Part shown: positions 1-14,414 of the stretch, in pieces | Layout: every line of letters begins with the position of its first letter | Position numbering within the stretch: the first letter of the stretch is position 1 | Made by a program: the position numbers and the translations under genes | The notes under the pieces: model-generated | What the model saw: the letters and a program-made list of their open reading frames with translations, nothing else | The model's database searches: none | Told to the model about the DNA's origin: nothing | Source of the DNA: Eledone cirrhosa | Lineage: Eukaryota | Direction: 5' to 3' | Assembly (NCBI GenBank): GCA_964016885.1 | Contig: OZ024741.1 | Span: 82,584,001 to 82,648,000, forward strand | Length of the DNA: 64,000 bases

Positions 1-2990
1 TATAGTACTGACCCGTTTTTTCGTCCATTTAGTTCTCCCAAGTGTTGGTCTATCCTTTCACCTATGCTACGAGCTGTCTCAACTATGTATGTTGTTGTCA
101 TGTTTCTGAAAGTACCCTCTGGACATCTTAAGCTAAAGACTACGTTTCTAGTTTTACAGTTTATCCGGGGGTTCACCTTACATATGATACATTTCCTATT
201 GGTACAGTGGGTTTTCTTAAAAGGGTAGGTTTTGCTGATCAGGGATTTTATGGTGGTTCCTGGCTTTTCTAACACCTTTATTTTTAAGTGGGTCTTTCTC
301 AGGGCCTTTCTACACTGGTTAGCTAATTTCCCTCCAGGAGTAGCGTCCACAGACATGACACTCTGGTATCTCTGGTTGTCGTACCATGAGTTGGCTTTCC
401 CTATCTTATGTCTAGCCCTATCTAAGCTACTCCATGATTTGCTCCTGTATAATGGGCAAATTCCTTTCATGTCCAGTTCTATGAGGGTCTTATACTTCTC
501 CATGGCTCCTTCGTATACTCTGACTCTGTCCCTTTGGTTGTAGCCAGAGAACTGCATGCGGTTGATGAAGTGTTGGATGTGTCTTTCCATTTCTGTTGGG
601 TCGCACATGCGGGACACATTCTTCATCACTCGTACCAAATCTGCGATCAGAATATTAAACTTAGCACTACTGGACATTGCTGAGTTTTTGAGTATCAGGT
701 ATTTGGAGGCCATGGGTTTAGCATAGTGTGAGTGGAGAATTTGGGCTCTCTCGTCTATAGTGTTAATCCAGAGTTCTGTGTCTAATACAGGTAGTCTATT
801 GTTAGGGTGTTTGGAAGGGAAGTCGATAGTTACAGTTATACTCTGGTGTATGGAATTAGCTATCTGCTGGATGCTTTCCATCGTGCTACGTTCTAAATCA
901 AACTTGTTAGTGCTCTCTAGTGGGAGTGTTCTTATAACTATATTGATATCGTCTACATAACGAGAGTACATGATGAAGTCTATGGAGCTCTCATTAAGGA
1001 GATATTTAAGTCTCCTTTCCCACCATACCATGAAAAGGTTGGCAACATCACCAGCTATGCTGACGCCGATGGCTGCTCCCTCATTTTGGGTGTAGATCTT
1101 CTCGTTGAACTTAAATATGTGGCCCTTTAGGGTAGTTTTGATACTAGCCCCTATTGCATGTGCGACCATTTTTCTTACCTGATCATTGTTTTGGGGGGTC
1201 CGTATAGCTTTGGTCCACCCAATACACCTTCCCATGGGAGTCTTTTTTGCCATTGAGGTTATGGTGGGGAGTCTACCTCTTATAGGTCTACTAGGGCAGA
1301 AACGTCTAAGGTCATGGCTGTCTAGGTAGTCAGTGTCGTAGGTAAGTCTAAGTAGGAGGCCCAGTTCGTCTGTGTCGACGTCGCAGAACTCCACCACACT
1401 CTCAATGATCATCTCCACACATCTTTTCACAGCGAAATCAATGTTAATGGATGGGTACAGTGACACCACATCCATGTTGCCTATTATGCAGTTGGATAGG
1501 TTCCTGTTTTTGTTGCACTCACTGATTCTGCTGAAGAGGTCCTCTGTACTGTCACATACATCTGGGGACATCTTGATTATGGGGCGTATAACGATTGAGA
1601 GGAAGTAGTAGATCCTGTAGTTACTAGCTATATTAGCTCCGCATACGGGTCTTGTTGATGGTCCTGTTGTCGGGTCGTCGACTGTCTGGTGGTCTTTGCG
1701 GAGCCTATACAAGGGTGGTATGCCATTGTTAGATGCCTGGAAGTTGTTGGCAGTGCTTCTGCTTGGCTTTAGGATGTCAGTCCACATCATCATGTGAGCG
1801 TTGATGATTTTCTCTCTCCCATCGTGTGTTTGTTGTGCAATTTCGCTCGTGTTGGTGATGTTGGATTGCATAGCCTAGATGTAGTTCGGCATGCTATCTA
1901 TTGACATCCTACCAGACTTATCCGTGGGTAGACATACTACCTCACCATCCCTTGTGCGCTGCTTGAGGCTAACGAAGCCTTCTACAGGTTTCCTCCCACG
2001 TTGTTGGGCCTCTGGTTTGCTCTGTCTTTTAGTATACCTGTCTACTATTTGTCTAATTTTATTTCTAGCTATGGTGAACTGTGCCTCTGTCTCGTCATCT
2101 ATTTGTTGTGGTATGCAAACTCTTTTATTAAAGGGTAACCTCGTAGGATAGATATTACCCATCTTATATGTTTTGTCAGCTGGGTTGAAAAATAGTTTCT
2201 CTAAGGGGTTGTCATTATATCTATCGTCATAGTTGTGTGTGTTGCTATTATTGTTATCATGGTGGTTGTTGTTGTTTCTATCATTAGCATTATTATTATT
2301 GTTATGATTGCTAGATGTATAGTTGTTTACTTCACCGTTATTGTTGTTTACTTCACCGTTATTGTTGTTACTGTTATTTCTACCATTGTGGTTGTTACTT
2401 TTATTATGTTTCTTGTTTTTGATGTGTCTATCATTGATGTTGCTACATGTACTATTTCCATTATTACCACTGTGGTTATTGTTGTTGTTGTTCGTATTGT
2501 TACCGTTATTACTACTGTGGTCGCTGCTGCTGTGTCTGTGGTTAATGTTTCTATTATTATTATTATTGTGGTTGTTGTTGTTCCGTCTATCGTTAGTATT
2601 ATTACCATTATCACTATTTCTCACTTTCCTGCTATTGTTATTGTTATGGCTGTTATTTCTATACTCAGAGTTATTGTTTATATTACTACTACCGTTATTA
2701 TGGTTGTTGTTGTTGTTTACCTTTGCATTCCAACGTATTTTTGTGAAACACTTTTCCAGCTCCGTTTTGCACTCCATAGGGTTAATCTTTTTGTAGATGG
2801 CAAATTTTGGTGGTAGCCGCAAGATTTGTTGTTCTTGTTCACTGATTAAAGTGTTCCCATAAATATTTACTGTGTGGTCATTGGTAAATTCTTCCGGTAG
2901 TTTTACATCAGTCATACGGATATTGTCGATGTTATCTGGGTATTTTTGAGAATATTCTATTTTCCTTTCTTGTAGTTTTTTTCTTATTCA
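1..2990 (-). mobile_element. Penelope-like element (PLE-1): RT + C-terminal GIY-YIG endonuclease; one in-frame stop at 1875-1877; runs off the left edge
   Basis: ORF 1875-2915 (LPPKFAI...VCLPTDKSGRM) continues in frame past the TAG as PPLYRLRKDH..TRPVCGA, HIFKFNEKIYTQNEGAAIG and SRYVDD (948-959). Positions 1-213 encode the GIY-YIG start (CKTRNVVFSLRC...TTYIVET). Confidence 0.85.
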
Positions 2991-3308
2991 TCCATTCTAA
3001 TTTATTATTGAAATGCCTATTGCATTCGTTTCGGGCGTATTTCGTTTCACGTCGGATGACGCTCATGAAGTTATCCCTCTCGTTTGGTGTGGTGAGATTT
3101 CGGACTTCCTTATGCGTTTCTGTCTGTAAAGTTCGTTGACTTATGTGTATGTTGTTCTTTTCATATTCACTGTTATTGTGTGTTTTAGTCGTTCAGCTTG
3201 TGTTTTGTTCAATAATAAATTATTTACTTGTTTTGATATGTTTGTTGTGTATTTTTTGGAGGAAACACAGTGTTTTAAGAAGCGGATTTGCTCTGTTGTT
3301 ATATAAGT

Positions 3309-4267
3309 AAACCCACTGTACCAATAGGAAATGTATCATATGTAAGGTGAACCCCCGGATAAACTGTAAAACTAGAAACGTAGTCTATAGCATAAGATGT
3401 ACAGAGGGTACTTGCAGAAACATGACAACAACATACATAGGTGAGACAGCTCGTAGCATAGTTGAAAGGATAGACCAACACTTGGGGGAACTAAAAGGAC
3501 GAACATACAGGTCAGTACTATACGAACATGCGAGACAACAACATGACGGTAACATAGGCAACATAGAAATTAGAATAATATCTAAACTTAGAAATGACCC
3601 AGCAGATAGGCAAATCAGAGAGGCCAGTGAAATAGAAATTAGAAGACCAAGACTAAAAAAAAAGAATGAATGGAATAACAACAACACCCAAACAAACAAC
3701 ACTGCCCTAAGAGAAGTATAAATAAGTAAATAAAATAAAATAAATAAATAAATAAATACATACACAAGCACAATAACAACAAGCACATAAACACACACTA
3801 GTCACCCATCACACAGCAAACAAAACACTATACACACACGCAAACGCATGCGCAAAGAAAACAAAATAAGATAAACAAGCAAGCAAATATATAAATAAAT
3901 ATATAGACAGACTAAATAAAAATGGCGTAGACATACAATACAACAGGAGGAAAATATAGCACCACTGACTATGTTGCAGATGTGCAACGAAAGATTTATG
4001 ATAAACTATATATATGTGTTTGTGTCTATATTGTATCTGTATTATTTTTGACCGTCGGTCAGTCAATGGCAACATTGAGGACCGAGTAAGTTAGATTACC
4101 GATATAAAAGACACAGAAGCGAGAAGCGAAAACCAACCAAACAGTGAGTGTGTTCTGTTATTAATTCTGGTAATGTTACACAAATATGACCCTCCCCAAG
4201 TATAACAATATTTGTTTCGACACACGATTTCATATAAGAAACCTCGCAAAACTAATTCATTGCCGCC
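3309..4267 (+). mobile_element. Inverted 3' duplication (pseudo-LTR) of PLE-1: GIY-YIG fragment + 3' UTR ending at (TA)n
   Basis: 3309-3521 is a near-identical reverse complement of 1-213. ORF 3347-3721 has NVVYSIRC...TTYIGETAR..ERIDQH...HARQQH...REASEI (GIY-YIG). Confidence 0.85.
3961..4002 (+). ncRNA. Degenerate minimal type-I hammerhead in the PLE-1 3' UTR
   Basis: acca-CTGACTA-t-gttgca(gatg)tgcaac-GAAA-gatt-TA-tgat. Stem II is a perfect 6 bp; core G8, the stem III palindrome (gatc expected) and stem I each carry one substitution. Confidence 0.55.
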
Positions 4268-4826
<559 letters not shown>

Positions 4827-4984
4827 TTTAAATAGCAGATTAAAGTTTAAGCAAAGAGTCGCTGCTTTCACCTTTAAATTTTATCTGTTATTTTAATAAA
4901 TATTTGCTCTTATGTTCTTATATATTTGATATATATTTATCTTTCGATTTTAGTCATCACATTTATTTTTATTACTATATATAA

Positions 4985-5668
4985 TTGTTTCTAATTTAAG
5001 CACAAGGCCAGCAATTATCCAGTACATTACTGGTACTTTATTTTATCGAGCGCGTAAGGATAAAAAGCAAAGTTAACCTCGGCAGAATTTTAACTCAAAC
5101 TGTATAATATTATTACTATATATAATTGTGCATTAAGTAGAAACAATTATTACTATATATAATTGTTTCTACTCTTGGCACAAGGCCAGCAATTAACTAG
5201 TGTATTACTGGTACTTTATTTCATCGAACCCGTAAGGATGAAAGGCAAAGTTAACCTCGGCGGGATTTGAACTCAGAATGGCAAGGGCCGTAACTCTATG
5301 CGTCAAAGCATAGCGTCCGACCCTCTACCGATACTGCCAATCCACCACCATTTATTACTATATATAATTGTTTCTACGTTAGGCACAAAGCCAACCACCA
5401 TTATCCAGTGCATTACTGGTACTTTATTTTATCGACCCCGTAAGGATGAAAGGCAAAGTTAACCTTGGCAGGATTTGAACTTAGAAATGGCAAGGGCCGT
5501 AACTCTATGCGTCAAACCCTATGGTTTCCGACCCTCTACCGATACTGCCAATCCACCGCCATTATATATAGTATATATATATAATGGCGAGGTTGACTTT
5601 GCCTTTCATCCTTACGGGGTCGATAAAATAAAGTAATTGCTGGCCTTGTGCCTAACGTAGAAACAATT
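4985..5668 (-). mobile_element. Cluster of tRNA-derived SINE copies (three on -, one 3' half on + at ~5585-5668)
   Basis: Repeated consensus ggcggtggattggcagtatcggtaga (A box)...gagttcaaatccc (B box)...gcctttcatccttacggggtcgataaaataaagtaccag...ggccttgtgcctaa.gtagaaacaatta. Confidence 0.85.
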
Positions 5669-5678
5669 ATATATAGTA

Positions 5679-6574
5679 CTAGCAGTAAAGCCCGGCGTTG
5701 CTCGGGGTCGCTCAGTAGCTGTGTTAAAGTTACAATGTTAAGTTTCTTTATTGGCTTAAAAACTGTAGTGTCTACTGTGCAGACTTGCATGTGGTGTTTT
5801 TGATTAATATTCCCTCAACCAACAATATGCCTTATGAAGTTAAGAAAACATAACGATAACCCGAATGTTATAACAAAAGAGGATGCTGGGGATAGAAACT
5901 GCACTGGTTATTTATTAACAAAGATCGAAAATGTAAACACTGCAACGCAGAGAAAAAACATTAGCGTAACCAAATTATCAGTTATGTCTGTCTGCACGCC
6001 TATATCACCTCTCTGCACGACTGTCTGTCTGCACGCCTATATCACCTCTCTGCACGACAGTCTGTCTGCACGCGTATATCACCTCTCTGCACGACTGTCT
6101 GTCTGCACGCCTAACGACGAAATATTTGCTTGTTTTACGTAGTCTTTAAATAGACTTGTTTTCAAGTAAAAATATTGTTTTAAAATGCTTTTAAATGGAA
6201 ATGAAGCAAAACGGAAGCTTAGTGTTCGAACTGATGAATTTTGCAGGTCAATATTTTGCTGGCTCGACAACTGTTCGTGTATTGTGTTAATGTCATTTTA
6301 AACGCTGAGAAAGCCAGCGTAATTTTTTACGTAAGACGCTCAATGTAAACAGAACAAAGGGAAATAACTGATAACTTACGCTCAAAAATCGATACATTAT
6401 ATTCGATTTCGTCACATAGGGTGGGTCAATTTGAAATTTTTTTTTTCCGATGTCTTCGCTAGGGCTCAATGTACAAGTCTAGCAATTTCGGTGCAATTCC
6501 GGGCGAGATTCTAAGAGGAGATGTGTGCCAAAAATCGATAGACAGACAGACAACCACAGTTTTATATATATAGA
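5679..6574 (-). mobile_element. Non-autonomous Helitron-like element
   Basis: On the minus strand it begins TCtatatatataaaa and ends with a GC hairpin (5691-5706) and CTAG, between host A and T with no TSD. It has a (GACA)n tract near the 5' end and an internal ~36-bp minisatellite at ~5986-6112. Confidence 0.7.
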
Positions 6575-6589
6575 TTACTATATGTAATG

Positions 6590-7045
6590 AAGTGAAATTA
6601 CAAGAGGCCAAACATGTTGAATTTCCTTATTACTGCAAGCACTATGCACATTTCAACGACCAGGTTGCGTAAAACCCAGTGACCCGGTGACCTCATCAGG
6701 TGTAAATTGTGTAATAGATGTATACTAACGAAATTATGGCAAGCTTTAAGGAACTAAGCAATGAAAAACAGAGAGGAAAAGGCGTGTGCTATGCTTTTGA
6801 CCCATAGACGGCCGTAGTAGCATGCTGCCACATTTCTAGCCCATTCAGGGTGGGCGAGCAATGTGGCCACATGCTACTACGTCCTTAAAGCTTACCATTA
6901 TTCCGTTGGTATACATCTATTACGCAATTTACACCTGATGAGGTTACCGGGTTCTTACGTAACCTGTCCACTGAAATGTGCATAGTGTATACAGTAATTA
7001 AAAATTAAGGAAATTAAACAAATTTGGCCTCCTCTCATTTCACTT
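6590..7045. mobile_element. ~455-bp palindromic element with an outward-pointing hammerhead in each arm
   Basis: 6590-6752 is an imperfect reverse complement of 6883-7045, with an inner hairpin at 6813-6881. HHRs lie at 6639-6703 (-) and 6930-6989 (+). Confidence 0.75.
6930..6989 (+). ncRNA. Type-I hammerhead ribozyme, canonical core (partner copy 6639-6703 on -)
   Basis: tacac-CTGATGA-[ggttac..gtaacc tgtccact]-GAAA-tgtgca-TA-gtgta. Stem I is 5 bp and stem III is short and near-palindromic; the base of stem II is irregular. Confidence 0.7.
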
Positions 7046-7208
7046 TATAATAAATGTACTCCTTTCTCGCACGACCAACATGATTCAACATTGAAATAGG
7101 ATCAGTTGCATAACGTCGAGTGCTTTTCTCATATTACATCACGATTAACACCAAATGGTAAGCCACCAAGTTTAAACGTATATATATATATATATATGTG
7201 TTAGTATG

Positions 7209-7243
<35 letters not shown>

Positions 7244-7261
7244 ATGTGTGTGTGTGTGTGT

Positions 7262-7295
<34 letters not shown>

Positions 7296-7649
7296 TGTCT
7301 GTCTGTCTGTCTGTCTGTGTGTGTGCGTGTGTGTGTGTGTGTGCATATGTGTATGTGTGTGTATTTGAATGTCGTATTGCCAAAGAAATACTGTTTTTTT
7401 AAATAAATATACATTTATAAAGCCATAGTTGTGAATAACATACTGGCAGCTAATGTCCTCCTTGCTGCTGCCGTGCACTGCCTGGTGGCGTTAGCTGCCA
7501 GTCTGTTCTTCATAGCAATGGCTTTCTAAGTGTTTATTAATAAACGTACCATATTTTTTAGGAAATACGAAATTCATATACATATTTGTATATAGCTATG
7601 TTCGTAGCTAAATCCTACACCCACACACGCCCCCCCCCCCCCCCCCGAG

Positions 7650-7689
<40 letters not shown>

Positions 7690-8591
7690 TTATATGTATA
7701 TATATATATAGAAAAGATGAAGTTTGAAATAGCACGGGAGATATATTTAAGGGTCTGTTTTTCTCTTTTGATTCGTCAAAGTGACATTATTGAAAAAATA
7801 GTGTTATTAAAAGATATTGTTATTAAAAAAAGAGAGGGACAATTCTTTTTTAAAAAAAATTTGTTATGAATTATATAAAGTATATGAACAAATTACCGGT
7901 TTCGATATATTAAAATCCATCTTGACAAATGTTGTGTAAAAAGTTAATTAACTTTTTACACTACATTTGAAAAGACACAACACACACATACATTCATGAT
8001 AGCAGCGTTCGGTGAATTGGAAATAGGAGGGTAAAACAAGTACAACGTTTTATTTATTAACTCTTTATTTATTTATTAACTCCTTTTTTTAAAAAAACTC
8101 ATTTAATATAATGGTTACAGAACGAAAACACAAACAAAGGAAAGGGAAAGGAAAAAAAATGTAAGAGTAACGTTTTTCGACAGTGCATAACTCAGAGACC
8201 AGAGTGTCACTCCTTAAGAGTCGCTACTTCTCCGAATTGAGAGATCCCAAGTCTGATATTATGAGCATGTGGTTAGAATGTCTCAGTAATGATTCGCTGG
8301 ACACATTTTACAGGCAAAACCAACCGGCAAGAGACCCAGAGGTAGACGCTGAGCAAGATAGTTGGATAACATTCATGAGCTTGGCTGGTCATGCTTTGTA
8401 TCTACTTGGATCAGTTAAAGTTGTTTGCTAATGACAAACTCGCGGGAAGGAGTCTTTCAGATGGACTCTGCCCCCACGACCCTCTCAGAAATAAGTGGGT
8501 GAAGAAGATATTGTCAATTTACTTTTCAATTTACATATATCTATATGCATATATATTTGCGTATAATACTAATATGCACACTACATATGCT

Positions 8592-8628
8592 AGCTGAAAA
8601 TCGCCCATTGGGCGGATTTTCTGCTAGT
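8592..8628 (+). mobile_element. Isolated Helitron-like 3' end
   Basis: aaaatcgcccattgggcggattttctgCTAGT: a hairpin followed by CTAGT, with the same ctgctagt terminus as the other Helitron-like elements. Confidence 0.4.
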
Positions 8629-8742
8629 TATTATTAATATTCGAAAAGCTCAGATTACATTTAATGTATTCAGCCACGTAAAGCGATTTACTATTTGTTA
8701 GTTAATATATATATATATATGTGTGTGTGTGTGTATGTGTGT

Positions 8743-8791
<49 letters not shown>

Positions 8792-10930
8792 CCGGTGGGT
8801 GTGTGTGTGTGTGTGAGTGTGGGTATGTTTGAGCCTATGAGAGTGCCTAGGTTTGTGTATGTGCGGGTGTGTGAATGTATATCTATATATGATGGGTATG
8901 CATGTAAACGCAATTGTATATATCATAGTGTTTTAAAAGGATTCTTTTCTCTTTTCTCTATGTATATTTTCTATCTTATTGAGTGTGTCTATTTATATAT
9001 TATAATGCTATTCAAATGTTGAAATGTTTATTGTTTCACAGATGGATAATTTTTCCTTTGACACTGGAAGAATGTTTTCTTAGTTTAATATCATTTTTAA
9101 GATAATAATACGTAATTTCTACTTTTATAAAAACTTCGTGAATTTTAGGATCCAAACCAGTACATTAAGTGCACTTGCAGTGACATGTACTTCATATTTC
9201 ATTTCTTTTGCTTGTAGTTATTTCTATATTTTCTGCTTGAAATATATTTATTCTGCTTCAATTATTTGATGTTCTCTCGTTTCATCACTGTTTCATCTTA
9301 TTAGTCCTGTGGCTTTTCCTGGCGTTGTTGTTTTGTTACTTTCCCTGTGGTTGTTTCTGTTGTTTTTGTTGTTATTGTTGTTGTTGGTACAGCTACTGTT
9401 GGCACCTTCCTGCTGCTGCTTTTGCATCTATTCTTGATATCTTGTTGTTTAGAATTATGTTTGATCTCATTGTGCCGATCTATGATGAAAAGAATTTTCT
9501 CTGTTGAAATCGTATCTCATTTTTTCAGACATTGTTTATCTATGAGCACAGGCAAAGGCTCTGAGTTTAAGATGTTGTCTTCGCAAGTACGCTGATTCTA
9601 ATTCAATTCCAACGCATGGCTCTTTTATCAAGTAGCTTATACTTATGCGCGAATATTGTAGAGGGGAGGGGGGGTTGACACACTACATAATGTGGTCATT
9701 TTGTGTGAATTAATTAACACCTCACCCAATTTAACACATACATTTGCTTCTCACGAACGCAACTCAGTTGCATGTATTCAGGGCAGATCTATGAGGTTAA
9801 CTGCCATCTGTCGTTCCCCATCCATGGATGCCTAATTACTCTCGATTCACCACTGTATATGCTATTAAAAGTAGAAAAAATAAATTGCTAATCTGTTGAT
9901 TATGCTTTTGATATAAGGACATTTTGTGTTCTATTACCTGCATGCTAAGAGTGTGCTCCAGCACTACCTCAGTGTAATGATTGAAACTATATCTATATCT
10001 ATCGAGAAAGGGCATGATCTATCGCAGTTATTCAGCTCGTATGGCTGACATCATACTGATGATATATATAATCAATTTTACTCTGTAGAGTCTGTCACAC
10101 TTTCCAGTCCCTCTTTTCTTTCTTCCTTTGCTTAATAGTCCGTCCCCATTCCCTCCCTTTCCTCTCATTTATGGCATATATATCCTTTCCAACACTACTT
10201 TGTTTTTGTGTATGTTAGACCAATTTATAGTTATACGAATTATATATCTATTATTTGATCTCTGCTGAATTGTCTTACCATTTCCATATAATATATTTGC
10301 TTTAGTGCATCTAAGATCCCTTACTTTTAAAAAAGTGCTTAAATAATATAACAAACGGTTATACTTTTGTACGCGCTTATAATATTGGCAGAGTGGTTAG
10401 AGTGCCGGACAAATCTCTAAATGTATTTGAAGCGGTCTATTAAGTTCTGAGTTCAACTCACGCAGAGGTTAACTTTGGCTTTCATCTTTCCGAGGTCTAT
10501 TAAAATTATATACCTAAATTGATTTCATTTTCTCAAACATTGTTGGCCTTCAACCAAATAAAAAATGGATATAATACTCATACACATTGTGTGGTGAAAC
10601 TCAAATATCATTATCGCCGTCTTTAATGATTTGAACTAGATGCACAGTGACCTGAGTCAAAGCCAGATACATATTCAATCCGGTGCTTTAATGACTCGAG
10701 ATATTCACCACCTTCACAATCTGTGCCAGTCGAAAAGATGTATTGTACTCAATAATATGTCAATTAGATTCTTGAATGTGGAACCAAATCAAGAATCCAG
10801 TTGAATAACGAAACTTCGGAGCCTAGCAGTCGGGGTGCTTACTCTTTTCATACTACCCACTCTACTAACTTAAATATTGAGTACTCTGGTGCGTTATGGT
10901 TCACCTGGCATCTTACCGCACCCTCTTTGT

Positions 10931-11003
<73 letters not shown>

Positions 11004-11004
11004 G

Positions 11005-11045
<41 letters not shown>

Positions 11046-11057
11046 GAATATACACTA

Positions 11058-11120
<63 letters not shown>

Positions 11121-11160
11121 CATGTATATATATATATATAAATATATATATATATATTTA

Positions 11161-11254
<94 letters not shown>

Positions 11255-11256
<2 letters not shown>

Positions 11257-11680
11257 TATGTACACGTACATACATATGTGCAACGTATACCTTCCTGCCA
11301 GATTGTTGAACGTGTGAAAGTATATACTTTTCTTATGCATATTAACGGCTGAGTAGCCCAATTTGCATATCCAGTGGGTATTGATGATGATAGCTAATAA
11401 TGTAGAAACTAGTACAGTGTTCCTTTGTCAGTGTTGAACAAACGAGCAACGATGGTTTGTAGACACTGTACGGCTTAATACGGGATGTTTGTTAACAAAC
11501 ACACCGAGCATTATAATAAATGTTCGGTGAATCCATACGTACATATATATATGTGTGCATGTATGTATATATATGTGCATACTACTGTACGTCTGTATAC
11601 ATATATGTATGTACGTGTATATTTAAATAACAGCCGTACTAAGAGTGGGAAATGAAATTTCGTTTCATCTTTTCCGTTTA
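11255..11680. mobile_element. HHR-bearing repeat family D, inverted fragment arrangement
   Basis: Homologous to 53900-54345 and its reverse complement. Hammerhead remnant ATGATGA-tagc..-GAAA-ctag-TA-cagtg at ~11384-11419. Confidence 0.7.
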
Positions 11681-11695
11681 TATATATATACATAT

Positions 11696-11761
<66 letters not shown>

Positions 11762-11767
<6 letters not shown>

Positions 11768-12056
11768 ATACTTGGGGAGGGTATTTGTGTAATATTCCCA
11801 GAATTAATAACAGAACACACTCACTGTTTGGTTGGTTTAAAACAGTGTCTTTCAATAACCTTTCAGCTTGGCACAAGCTAATGCCATAACAGCGATGAAT
11901 TAGTTTTGCGACACTGTTTTAAACCAACCAAACAGTGAGTGTGTTCTGTTATTAATTCTGGCAATATTACACAAATACCCTCCCCAAGTATAACAATATT
12001 TTTTTCGACACACGATTCCATATCAAAAACCTCGCAAAACTAATTCATCGCCGTTA
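11762..12056. mobile_element. Inverted pair of PLE-1 terminal sequence between (TA)n tracts
   Basis: 11762-11850 is the reverse complement of 11910-11998. Both match 4131-4267, and a further copy lies at 47185-47413. Confidence 0.75.
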
Positions 12057-12063
12057 TATATAC

Positions 12064-12137
<74 letters not shown>

Positions 12138-12582
12138 ATAATAATAAATTTGAGGACTAAAATCCAAAGAGGTCTCGATAGGGACAAATATATATCAGAT
12201 ATTATATAAGAACCGTAGATCAGATATTTTTTTAAATAACAGTTTAAAGTTTAAGCAAAGAATCGCTGCTTTCACCTTTAACGGGATCTTCTGAAACTAA
12301 TAATGTCAATCTGTGAACGCAGAAGTAAATATTTCAAAAAACGTATCTCTTCTTGGTTATGTCCACATTTTTAAAACAAACTTTATATTTTATTTGATGA
12401 GTGCGTACCAAAGTTTTGGTACCCTTGGAATATATGTAATAGAATAAATAGTGTTTGATAAATATAGTTTCCATTTATTTAATATCATTAAATATTATAC
12501 TTCCGAAGAGCTATCAAGTGCTCTGAATCAGTTATAAACATTTACATTTGTTGAATTACCAACACATTGAACATCCCTTTTG

Positions 12583-12620
<38 letters not shown>

Positions 12621-12621
<1 letters not shown>

Positions 12622-13925
12622 TAGCAGTTTATCCCGGCCTTGCACGGATAAGAACATTGGTAATAGCACCTCCAATGTGAAACGTTTATTTGTGAGTGCC
12701 TGTTAAAATCCCACGAAAATATACCGGCAGGAAACTTGTTTCATTTGAAGTAAATGTGAAAGAGAAAATCACAGGTTAAGTTGGCAGAAGGTTCCAGTGT
12801 TATAGCAGTAAGCCGTAGACTACTTACCTTAAAAGTTCATTCGCACTCTTTCCACTAAGTTACTCTTACTCTCTATCCCTCTCAGTGAGGTCCCTTGCAA
12901 ATTTCCTGTGTATGCCTGGTGTAAATTTGCACGCGATCCATCTGCCCGATGCACATATCCGCCTTGTTCGGCTTTTAGAGGAAGGAGTGACCAGTAGTAC
13001 GTTGTTTGGTATTATTATGAAAAGGTGTAACAGAGAATCCCGCGTGAACTAACAGTTCGGGAGGAAACTGCTTACCTCGAAGATTCATTAGCCATCGTTC
13101 TTGTCAACGCTCCGTTTAGTTGGTATTTGTTGGTCTACAGTTAGGTGAATGGTGCACAAAGGGTTAAAGTTTATTGGCAAGATGTTTTTTGATTAATAAA
13201 AGACGAGTTGAAGCTACCTACAATGTATCATTCTGCGTTGATGTTAGCGGTTTTCGTTATTGTCAATGGGTTTTTTGAAGGGCAAATTCGAAACCCTTAT
13301 CTTTCTCCCTCAATAAACTGACTACTATGAAGACCATTCCATGCTGGCCTGCGGATGGAAACGCAGAACGCAAAGGTGAAAGTTCAGTGGTAATGGGAGT
13401 CCTATGTAGCAGCAGTAACATTGACATTGCTTACAACGTGTGCTTTCACCCTTAACGGGATCTTCTGAAACTAAAAGAATCAATCTGTGAACTCAGAAGT
13501 AAATATTTCGAAAAACGTTGCAAACGAAGGAAAACAGGAACACGATTCTTTGGTTCGTGAAGACGTTCTCTTGCAATGAACGGAAAATAGCGAAGATAAT
13601 ACGTCATCAATGAGAACAATGTTTGTCATAATATCGTAATGCAGACAGCCAGGTATATAGACAGATATTACAAGGGCGCGACGTTATAGCTATGTATCTA
13701 TCTAAAAAGACAGACAAAAAAAGACTGAGAGATCGATATCGGGCGCATAACACCCATTTAACAACAGAAAATTTAATAATAAAGGCTGCAGTTAATATCA
13801 TTAGAGCGCAAGGAATATATAAATGCAAGTTTGAAGTCAATCGGAGTAGAAATGTGGACTTGTATAGACTTTCCAAAAATTAGGACTCACACACAGACAA
13901 TTTCAGTTTTATATATATGTATAGA
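12621..13925 (-). mobile_element. Non-autonomous Helitron-like element containing a family-C fragment (~13441-13590)
   Basis: On the minus strand: 5' TCtatacatatatataaaactg; 3' hairpin (tatcc/ggata) then ctgCTAG; inserted A|T. The termini resemble those of 5679-6574. Confidence 0.65.
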
Positions 13926-14154
13926 TACGAGGGTGCCTGTCTGTAATATATATATATATCTATACATATATATATATCTATACATATATATAAAACTGAA
14001 ATTGTCTGTGTGTGAGTCCTAATTTTTGGAAAGTCTATACAAGTCCACATTTCTACTCCGATTGACTTCAAACTTGCATTTATATATTCCTTGCGCTCTA
14101 ATGATATTAACTGCAGCTTTTATATATATATATATATATGTGGGTGCCTGTCTG

Positions 14155-14238
<84 letters not shown>

Positions 14239-14327
14239 TTATATATATATATATATATTTACATAATTACATATGTACATATATACATATATACATACAT
14301 ATGTATATATATCTATATATCTATCTA

Positions 14328-14410
<83 letters not shown>

Positions 14411-14414
<4 letters not shown>

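Noticed and set aside
2235-2816. Hydrophobic plus-strand ORFs that look like membrane proteins
   Set aside because: They are the antisense of the Asn-rich triplet tract of PLE-1.
3035-3075. Minus-strand TTCATGA-gcgtc(atcc)gacgt-GAAA, hammerhead-like
   Set aside because: It has two core mismatches and no stem I or stem III pairing.
4198-4240. Antisense GAAA-caaatattg-TT-ata motif in the PLE-1 terminal repeat (similar at ~54948-54985)
   Set aside because: Stem III looks plausible, but there is no consistent core box or stem II across copies.
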